Assembly (NCBI RefSeq): GCF_009914755.1
Contig: NC_060926.1
From: the human T2T-CHM13v2.0 reference genome, Homo sapiens
Reading direction: 5' to 3' (one strand)
Length of the DNA stretch: 64,000 bases
Shown here: positions 55,161 through 64,000 of the stretch, piece by piece
Layout of the letters: each line of letters opens with the position of its first letter
Numbering within the stretch: the stretch's first letter is position 1
Notes under the pieces: model-generated
The model's database searches: none
Seen by the model: the letters and a program-made list of their open reading frames with translations, nothing else
What the model was told of the DNA's origin: nothing
Translations under genes and position numbers: made by a program

Positions 55161-55312
55161 GTGAGCCCTTTGTGGGCTGGGGCGAGCTGAGGCCAGGGGC
55201 CCTTGGGATGTTTGTGAGTGGTGGGGCCTGGCGGGTGGAGGGCCAGTTCGGGGGAGGGCAGAGTGTGGGTACTTTCCCTCCCTGCAGGCCTTTTCTCTTG
55301 GTCTCTCCACAG

Positions 55313-55518
55313 CGGAACTCTGTCGCCCCTTGTTGGTGTGTCCCCTGGAGGGGCCTGAGGGCATACGGGGCAGGGAATGCTTTCTCAGGGTCACTTCTGC
55401 CCACCTGTTTGAGGTGGAACTCCAAGCAGCTCGCACCTTGGAGCGACTGGAGCTCCAGAGTCTGGAGGCAGCTGAGATAGAGCCGGAGGCCCAGGCCCAG
55501 AGGTCGCCCAGGCCCACG
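55313..55518 (+). CDS. STK11IP: STK11IP exon 15
   Basis: ccacag| acceptor, ACG|gtgagt donor; 206 nt. Confidence 0.93.
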
Positions 55519-55826
55519 GTGAGTGGGGCGTGGCAGGGTCTCTGGAGGAGCCAGTTATGGGAACATGGCTGTTGTGTGCCCTGCACTGGGCTGGGCATTT
55601 CTTTCAGTCTCTCCTTGGCACTAGGAGCCGAGGAGGGGAGCCTCAGAGGTTGCAAGCACTTGGGAAGCTGGGCTGAGGAGCAGGGATTCTGTGCTGGAGC
55701 TTGGACGTCAGTACAGGCCTTTGACAGGCTTCAGAGGTCCTGCCATCCTCCATGCTCTCAGCATCCCCTCATCCCTCTGATCACCGCCCCTGCTGTTTTT
55801 CACCCGGTCCCCCTCTTGCTGCGCAG

Positions 55827-55943
55827 GGCTCAGATCTGCTCCCTGGAGCCCCCATCCTCAGTCTGCGCTTCTCCTACATCTGCCCTGACCGGCAGTTGCG
55901 TCGCTATTTGGTGCTGGAGCCTGATGCCCACGCAGCTGTCCAG
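55827..55943 (+). CDS. STK11IP: STK11IP exon 16
   Basis: gcgcag| acceptor, CAG|gtgatg donor; 117 nt. Confidence 0.9.
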
Positions 55944-56092
55944 GTGATGGCGCCCAGAGTGGGGGCCCAGGAGGCTGTGGGGATTAAGAGAGCCAGAGGG
56001 AAGTGGCAGCAGGCCTGAGGGCCGGGGGCCTGTGGGAGGTGTCCGTCTGGGGTCCGCCTGCTCACAGCTGCCTCTGATCCACCCTCTGTCAG

Positions 56093-56270
56093 GAGCTGCT
56101 TGCCGTGTTGACCCCAGTCACCAATGTGGCTCGGGAACAGCTTGGGGAGGCCAGGGACCTCCTGCTGGGTAGATTCCAGTGTCTACGCTGTGGCCATGAG
56201 TTCAAGCCAGAGGAGCCCAGGATGGGATTAGACAGTGAGGAAGGCTGGAGGCCTCTGTTCCAAAAGACAG
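56093..56270 (+). CDS. STK11IP: STK11IP exon 17 (CLRC)
   Basis: tgtcag| acceptor, CAG|gtacaa donor; 178 nt. Confidence 0.92.
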
Positions 56271-57098
56271 GTACAAGTCCTGCCCTTGACCTCTCTGCCC
56301 ACACGCCTCCCCTGTTCCAGGGAAAGTGGCTCTGTGTAGGGGAGTGTGAAGGGGGAGCCCTAGGGAGAAGGGGCTAGAGTGGAGAGCAGTTGTTCTGCCT
56401 GGAGGAAAAAGAAAACCGTCTGCCTGCTGCATTTACAAAAAGGAAAACAGAAAAAAAGAAGAAACTATATCCTGTTTTTTTTTTTTTTTAACTCTAAAAG
56501 TCAGGAAATGCAATCTCTGTAACTGTGCTTAAACATACTCATTATTTTTTCATAACTTGAAGGCTTGTTGTGTTGGGGATTTTTTGGCTGATATTTCAGA
56601 CACTACATAAAACCTAATGAGCCCTCACTGCAGTATTGGATTGTGGTGCTGCCTCTGCCAGCAAGTGTAGCTGTTGAGTGAGATGCTTGGGGAGTTGGCT
56701 TGGTTTATCCTTCCCGGCTGACCTTGGAAGGTACATAATGTCCTGTGGCATTTCTTCATGCGCTAGTCCTTAAAACAAGAATTGTTTCCATTGTAGACCA
56801 GTCAGCACTATCTTTGAAGAAGACATTGAAGAAGAAATAAATATTCTTGATAACAGCTCTGTGGAAATGCCAGAATTTTATTAGACGGTTTTCTCTTCTT
56901 GGCGGCAGCTGGAGCAGGGGTTTAGATTTTATTCAGAAAATGGAGCCCTGCTCCATTCCCCACTGTGAACTGGCCTGGGCATGCAGCCTTAGCGACACAG
57001 CGCAAACAGAAACAGCCCCCAGCCCCTCCCGGACCCTGGCTGTACACCATGAGGTGCTGTGGTCTCTGGAGCCTCTTCCATGGTGGCGTTATTAATGA

Positions 57099-57439
<341 letters not shown>

Positions 57440-58331
57440 TCACTTGCACCTCAGTTACCTCCTCTGAACAAAGAAGGGAATGAACTCACCCCATGGTGCT
57501 GTTACGCTATTTAAATGTGACAGTAAGGCACCAAGCAGAGGGCCTGGCACAACACAAAGGTCTCCTGTAAATGGTAGCTGCTGCCGTTGCCCCCAGCTGT
57601 ATGGTCCTGGGCAGCATGTGTAAATGATTTAATATTTTCTTTCCTCTTTGCAAAATGGGATAGGGAGAGTTTCTCTGGTGATGAAATGCGATCATAGTGG
57701 CATAGGAGGTAGCGCATGCCCATCACGGTGTAGCTGCTCAGAGTGCTGCCTCTCTCATTGCTGATCCATGTCCTGATTCCTTCCCAGCTTCCTGACACTA
57801 AGGATGAGTATAAGATAGATGCTATTGTCATCCCTGTTTTATAGACGAGGAACCAGGCTCACAGAGCTTAGATGACTTGCCCATGATTACAGAGCCATTA
57901 ATTGATGGAGCCTGGAATTGGACCGAAATTTGGCAACAGAGTTCTCTGCCTTTCCAGACCTGTTGATTTTGGTCTTTCAGACGTTGCTAGGAGAGCCCTG
58001 AAGTACTTGATCAGCCCAAGTCTGTAAGAGGGCATAAGAGCAGGTCCTGGTTGTGTTTGGCCCAGTCTGAGAGGGCCTAGAGTTAGAAGGTAGAGTGCAC
58101 TTTGAGGAGTTTGTGGGCCAGGGTTAGCTCATCCCTCCCTGGGATGGGGAGTGATCAGTTGGCAGCTGTGCCGGGAGAGGGAGCTGGTGGCCTGGGGCGC
58201 GGTGGTTGTGTATGAAGCTGGAGGCTTGGGCTCAGGGGAGACCTGAGCATGGGGAAGGAGCATCGTGAGCATGGTGGGAGTTGTGGCACTGTGGGGGGGG
58301 CTCATGGGGACCGTGTCCATCCTCCCTCCAG

Positions 58332-58562
58332 AATCTCCTGCTGTGTGTCCTAACTGTGGTAGTGACCACGTGGTTCTCCTCGCTGTGTCTCGGGGAACCC
58401 CCAACAGGGAGCGGAAACAGGGAGAGCAGTCTCTGGCTCCTTCTCCGTTTGCCAGCCCTGTCTGCCACCCTCCTGGCCATGGTGACCACCTTGACAGGGC
58501 CAAGAACAGCCCACCTCAGGCACCGAGCACCCGTGACCATGGTAGTTGGAGCCTCAGTCCCC
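58332..58562 (+). CDS. STK11IP: STK11IP exon 18 (CPNC)
   Basis: ctccag| acceptor, CCC|gtgagt donor; 231 nt. Confidence 0.92.
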
Positions 58563-58682
58563 GTGAGTATAGGCAAAACAAGACATAGATGAGTTTGGGG
58601 AAGGGAAGGGGCACTGATGGGGAGGTGGAGATGGAGCCCAGGGGCTGCCACGGGCAGGCTGATGCCCCCTCATTGCCCTCAG

Positions 58683-58786
58683 CCCCTGAGCGCTGTGGCC
58701 TCCGCTCTGTGGACCACCGACTCCGGCTCTTCCTGGATGTTGAGGTGTTCAGCGATGCCCAGGAGGAGTTCCAGTGCTGCCTCAAG
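58683..58786 (+). CDS. STK11IP: STK11IP exon 19
   Basis: cctcag| acceptor, AAG|gtctgt donor; 104 nt; VDHRLRLFLDVEVF. Confidence 0.92.
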
Positions 58787-59855
58787 GTCTGTGCTCCCTG
58801 ACACTGCCCATGCCCCCAGCTGTCCAGGGTGCCCACTCGTTTCCATCACAGCCAACTGAGTCAGATCAAGCACTCTAGAGACCTGATCTGGCTTCTGGTT
58901 TCAACCCCAGCAGCTTCTTGCTGTGTGGCCGTGGACACATTCCCTGGTATTTGAGTCCCAGTTGTTGCCTGTCTGCAATGGAGATAACGATGCCTCCCTT
59001 ACACAGTGGCGTGTGTCAGGGCTCATGTTGAAGCTGCCCAGCCCAGCACCTGGCACTCATCAATGGGGCCTCCTAGCATTATTATAAACACATGATGTCG
59101 TTAGGCCTTTGTTGAGCACCTGTTGTGCTAGACATTGAGGATCTACAGATCAATCTTGCCCTTGATCTTACAGTCTGGTGTGAGAAGCTGACAATGATTA
59201 TGCAATATGCAAATGCTGTAATCGGGCTAAGGCCCTTGAAGGGGTGTCTAGTCCAGCTTGAGTGGGTCAAGGAACCTTCCTGGGAGGTGATGTCTAAGCT
59301 CAGTCTTGAAGGGTAAGTTAAGGAGTAGGGAGGAAAAGAATGTCTTAGGTAAAGGAAGCCGCAAATGCATGGAGGCCCGAGAGTGTCGCTGGTGGGGAGA
59401 ACTGCCCAGGATGAGGGCACCTGGACATGCAGGGCGAGGGGCAGGGGTCCTGAGAGGACTCTGGGGGGCCGGCAGGGGCCAGGTCAGGAGCTGCCTCCTG
59501 TGTCTGCCAAGGAGTTTGGACTTGTTTCTGAGGGCCACTGGGAGCCACTGAAGGATTTGAAATGGGGCAGTGATGGTCAGTTTTGTGCCTTAGAATAGTT
59601 AGTCTGGCGGAGCGTGGAGGGGGTGAGGCGACAGGCAGGGAAGCCAGCTGCTGAGGCTCTGAGCGGGCAGGGGCTGCAAGGCAGAGAGCGGTGGTGGATG
59701 AAGAGGCTGTCGAGTGTGAGGGAAGCTCCATAGACTGGTGGGTGGGCAGTGGGAGGGTCAGGCCGAGGGTGCTGTCACCAGGAACTCGGCTTTCAGTCTG
59801 GCCCCACCTCCCCAGGCCTCTCATCAGGTTTCTCACCAACTTCCTCTTCCCCCAG

Positions 59856-59953
59856 GTGCCAGTGGCATTGGCAGGCCACACTGGGGAGTTCATGTGCCTT
59901 GTGGTTGTGTCTGACCGCAGGCTGTACCTGTTGAAGGTGACTGGGGAGATGCG
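59856..59953 (+). CDS. STK11IP: STK11IP exon 20
   Basis: ccccag| acceptor, GCG|gtgagt donor; 98 nt. Confidence 0.92.
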
Positions 59954-60365
59954 GTGAGTGAGAGGGGAGATGCAGTGAGTAAGGGGGGAGATGGGGTGAG
60001 TTGGGGGGAGATGGGGGAGTGAGGGGGAAGATGGGGTGAGGGGGGAGATGGGGTGAGTGAGGGGGGAGATGGGGTGTTAAGGGGGGAGATGGGGTGAGTG
60101 AGGGGGGAGATGGGGTGAGAGAAGGGGGAGATTGGGTGAGTGAGGGGGAGGTGGGGTGAGTGAGGGGGGAGGTGGGGTGAGTGGGGGGGGAGGTGGGGTG
60201 AGTGGGGGGGACGTGGGGTGAGTGAAGGGGGAGATGGGGTGAGTGGGGGGCGGAGATGGGGTGAGTGGGGGGCGGAGATGGGGTGAGTGAGGGGGGAGAT
60301 GGGGTGAGTGAGGGGGAGATGGGGTGAGTGAGGGAGGAGATGGAATGAGGGGGAAGATGGGGTGT
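59943..60365 (+). repeat. G-rich minisatellite, unit about 21 bp (GGGGGGAGATGGGGTGAGTGA), roughly 20 copies
   Basis: Tandem units read directly, starting within the exon-20 3' end. Confidence 0.95.
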
Positions 60366-60480
60366 GGTGAGCGCACGGGGGTGATGCAGTGAGTGAGGCA
60401 GGTGCAGCTGGGGCAGGGCCTCTCTGGGACTCTCACTCCACTCTCATGCTTCTCCATTGCTCTGTCCCCTCTCTCCACAG

Positions 60481-60659
60481 TGAGCCTCCAGCTAGCTGGC
60501 TGCAGCTGACCCTGGCTGTTCCCCTGCAGGATCTGAGTGGCATAGAGCTGGGCCTGGCAGGCCAGAGCCTGCGGCTAGAGTGGGCAGCTGGGGCGGGCCG
60601 CTGTGTGCTGCTGCCCCGAGATGCCAGGCATTGCCGGGCCTTCCTAGAGGAGCTCCTTG
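60481..60659 (+). CDS. STK11IP: STK11IP exon 21
   Basis: ccacag| acceptor, TTG|gtgaga donor; 179 nt. Confidence 0.92.
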
Positions 60660-60889
60660 GTGAGAGAGGGGAGGGGAAGGCAGGAGGGTGGGCAGGAGGG
60701 TGGGCAGGGCCTTGGGGCCAGGCTCCCCACCTGGTACCCAGTAGCGGAGACAGAGAGGTAACAGGACTTGTCCCTTGTAGAAGTTTCTGAAATCCAGAAA
60801 TGTGGAGAATAGGAAGGGATTGAGAGGTGGTGAGTTTAGGCTGGAGGAGAGCAGAGCCTTCTAAAGTTCCCTGGCCTGCCTCTGTCTAG

Positions 60890-60971
60890 ATGTCTTGCAG
60901 TCTCTGCCCCCTGCCTGGAGGAACTGTGTCAGTGCCACAGAGGAGGAGGTCACCCCCCAGCACCGGCTCTG
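60890..60971 (+). CDS. STK11IP: STK11IP exon 22
   Basis: gtctag| acceptor, CTG|gtgagt donor; 82 nt. Confidence 0.9.
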
Positions 60972-61204
60972 GTGAGTCGATAGGAGGCAGAGGCTGGGGT
61001 TGCTGCCCAATCCTCTTTCCACAGAGCCCCAGACATGGCCCTGTGCTGAGTAGGTCCTGGGCAGCCACCTGTCCTCATGCCATGCCCCTTATGGGCCCCT
61101 AGTGTCTCCTCCCAACCCCCTGCAGGGCTTTCTTCCCACTCCCCTCTCTTCAAGTCCTTCCCACCCGCTAGCTGATCTTCCTGTGCCTGCCATATTCCCT
61201 CTAG

Positions 61205-61275
61205 GCCATTGCTGGAAAAAGACTCATCCTTGGAGGCTCGCCAGTTCTTCTACCTTCGGGCGTTCCTGGTTGAAG
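61205..61275 (+). CDS. STK11IP: STK11IP exon 23
   Basis: ctctag| acceptor, AAG|gtgaag donor; 71 nt. Confidence 0.88.
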
Positions 61276-61822
61276 GTGAAGCCTCTGTGCAGCTGATGCT
61301 TCCCTGGTCTCTGTACCCCACCTTGTCACAGGCACTGGCCCACGCGCAGCACCTGTACAGTGCCCTTGCAGCAACTGTCAGTTCCTGGAACCTGGAGAAC
61401 CTCTCACTTGAGGGCATAGCTGAGTAACAGCCTCAGTGTGCCCTGACCCTCTGGGTGGGGTTAGGAGGCACCCAGGATCCTCAGTTACCCAGAGCCTTTG
61501 CTCTCGGGCCCAGGCTTTCTATGAAGTGGAGCAGCGTGGCTGAGTCGGCCCTGCCTCATCAGTCACAGAAGGAGAGGGTGGAGCCTTGTTTCTGAGTAGG
61601 GTGGGTGTGGGGCAGTGGGGGGCGGTAGGCCTCAGAGGTATTCCAGAGTAGAGATTCATGGAGCTTGGGAAAGGGAGGGTCTTGGCCCCAGGGGCACAGG
61701 CTGCTTTGTGACCCACCTCAGAGTGTGGTTCACACCTCTTCTCCCCAGCAGCACTGGGACGCTGGCCCCAGGGATCTGGGCCCCTCCATGACCTTCCACA
61801 CTGGATGCCTCTTTCCCTGCAG

Positions 61823-62070
61823 GCCCTTCCACCTGCCTCGTATCCCTGTTGCTGACTCCGTCCACCCTGTTCCTGTTAGATGAGGATGCTGCAGGGTCCC
61901 CGGCAGAGCCCTCTCCTCCAGCAGCATCTGGCGAAGCCTCTGAGAAGGTGCCTCCCTCGGGGCCGGGCCCTGCTGTGCGTGTCAGGGAGCAGCAGCCACT
62001 CAGCAGCCTGAGCTCCGTGCTGCTCTACCGCTCAGCCCCTGAGGACTTGCGGCTGCTCTTCTACGATGAG
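61823..62070 (+). CDS. STK11IP: STK11IP exon 24
   Basis: ctgcag| acceptor, GAG|gtgtgt donor; 248 nt. Confidence 0.92.
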
Positions 62071-62776
62071 GTGTGTATGTGTATCTCCAGTGAGAGGGAG
62101 GGAGGGGAGATGGTGAGCACAGGTTGGGGCCATGAGGGCAGGGTGGGAAATGGGTCTAGGAACCCTGGGCATTGGTGGCAGGATGGCACTTACAGATGAG
62201 AGAACTAGGGTTGGAGGAACTGGGGGACTCTAGGCTTGGATGAATATCAAGTCAGAGAGGGAGGCAGCTGTAGGCAGGGGAGACACCTGGACTGGGAGCC
62301 CAGCCATTTAGCTGGGCCACGAGGCTTTCAGTGAGGTTTCCGGCAGCTTTGAGTTGGCAGGATTGGGCCGGTTGTATGCCAGCCGTTTGGCCTTTGTGAC
62401 CACCACCTGAGGAGATACGGTTACTGGTCCTATTTACAGGTGAGGAAGCTGAGGCTTGGGGATGTTAACCAGTTTGCCCAGTCCAAAGTGGTGGAGCCGG
62501 GAATTGAATCCACAGTTCCCTGAAATTGAGCCCGCATCTTCTGTACAACAGGGAAGATGAAAAAGACAGGTCCTCTGGAGGCTTTCAGTAAACGTCGGCT
62601 GGATTCTGTTTACAAAGCTCAGAGTCAGGATCTTTTATGGGGAGTGACACGGGCCTGGGGAAGGGGAGAGGCACTGAGCCAAGGTGGAGACAGTGAGGCC
62701 TTCCCAGAGACCTCCCTTGTACCCACCCTGGTGTGGTCCCCATGAGCCTCGCCTTGCTAACTGCTCGGTCTGCCAG

Positions 62777-62926
62777 GTGTCCCGGCTGGAGAGCTTTTGG
62801 GCACTCCGTGTGGTGTGTCAGGAGCAGCTGACAGCCCTGCTTGCCTGGATCCGGGAACCATGGGAGGAGCTGTTTTCCATCGGACTCCGGACAGTGATCC
62901 AAGAGGCGCTGGCCCTTGACCGATGA
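62777..62926 (+). CDS. STK11IP: STK11IP exon 25 coding part (...QEALALDR*); serine/threonine kinase 11-interacting protein
   Basis: tgccag| acceptor; exon lengths sum to 3267 nt = 1088 aa plus stop. Confidence 0.95.
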   Translation: MSRLESFWALRVVCQEQLTALLAWIREPWEELFSIGLRTVIQEALALDR

Positions 62927-63161
62927 GGGTCCCACGCTGACCTTGGCCCTGACCTCAGGAGCCACGCTGTAGACATTCCCTCTCCTGGTCTCTGGGTCTG
63001 GCTTCCAGGCTCTGGCTGTGGATGTCTTCAGCCTCTGGGTGCTGGCCAGTGAGGTCCCAAATGACCCAGGGCTTAAGGGAGAGGCGAGAGAATGATCTGG
63101 CCTCAGGGGACAGGCCACCTGGTCAGGAGGAATATTTTTCCTGCACTTTTTCTCAGGTATC

Positions 63162-63167
63162 AATAAA
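63162..63167 (+). terminator. STK11IP: STK11IP polyadenylation signal
   Basis: AATAAA followed by GT-rich sequence. Confidence 0.88.
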
Positions 63168-64000
63168 GTTGTTTCCAACTCATAGGTCATGTGTGGTACT
63201 TAGAGTCACTCATAAGGCCTGCAGTTCCCCTAACCTCTTCTGACAGAAGCTATCCCACCCATCACCTTTCCTGAATGGGCAGCTCCAAGCAGCCTTGTTT
63301 GTGCCATGAGACCCCATCTCCAACCCAACTGTGGTCCCAGCATGGGAGATCAAGTAGAGCTCCTGACCCACAGGCACACAGCCCCAAGCTGGCAGTGACT
63401 TGTCATGTGGCCCGGCATGGAATTGCTGCCAAACAAGTAGCCGGGCCAGATACGGTCCTGCTCTCTTGAACTTTACATGGAAAGTAGTGAGGACTTCAGG
63501 CCATCGCAGAGGGTGTCTGGGGAGAGGGTGTGTGGAGTTGAGTGGTGACCTCTGGTGCTTCCTGCCATTGCCTTCTCAGCACCGCCTCACTCAGCCTGGA
63601 GGCCTGGATGGTCAGCCCCACTCCCTCACCTCTTGTCTCCAAGTCTGGCCCCAGTGATTGGTTCAGGAATCCTCATGTGAATTCGTTTGGCTTATGAAGC
63701 CCCAGCGCAGGCATTTGACTAGAGCAACCAAGAAGGAGGCAAGTTTCCTCTCAGGGTTGCTGTGAGGATAAGCCTGGAGCTGCTGGCTGTGGGGAGGCGC
63801 TTTCCTAAAGTGGAACCATGAGAGAGAGGAAGATGGCCCGGATGGAGAGAGCAGGGCCAGACTCTGGGGATATCTTTGAAGCCCCTGGGTCTAGTTGTGC
63901 CCGAAGACAGAAACCCCTGTGACTTTAGGTAACATGATCTAAAAAAGAAGCCCTCCCCTCCCTGTTTCTATGGCTTAAGCTAATTCGAAGCAAGTATGAG

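Noticed and set aside
59943-60365. Repeat array considered as CRISPR-like or an SVA VNTR
   Set aside because: No unique spacers, no cas genes and no flanking SVA parts; it is a simple tandem repeat derived from the local splice junction.
60077-60478. 133-aa Pro-rich minus-strand ORF
   Set aside because: Translation of the G-rich minisatellite.

Overview
Human genomic DNA (eukaryotic and Alu-rich, so the ORF track mostly shows exon fragments). I recognise it as the chr2q35 OBSL1-INHA-STK11IP locus. Minus strand 273-17933: OBSL1 coding exons 1-16 (Ig-like domains plus one Fn3; the gene continues off the left edge), with two truncating alternative 3' ends. Plus strand 19080-22231: the two-exon INHA gene (366 aa), head-to-head with OBSL1. 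22.5-44 kb: a repeat-dense intergenic block with many Alus, a decayed MER41-type ERV1 provirus, nested DNA transposons, a MaLR LTR and a tailless 7SK retropseudogene. Plus strand 44647-63167: complete STK11IP (25 exons, 1088 aa from the exon-2 ATG). All exon boundaries were read by eye as GT-AG with consistent phases. Repeat family names and isoform identities come from memory, not from a search. I found no new gene and no wholly new system. The best leads are: (i) a G-rich minisatellite in STK11IP intron 20 built from tandem copies of the exon-20 splice donor, where use of any copy would create a premature stop; (ii) the short OBSL1 isoform's terminal coding exon lying inside a hAT (MER102-like) transposon; (iii) a microhomology-primed 7SK insertion into an Alu; (iv) a candidate C4 zinc ribbon in STK11IP.
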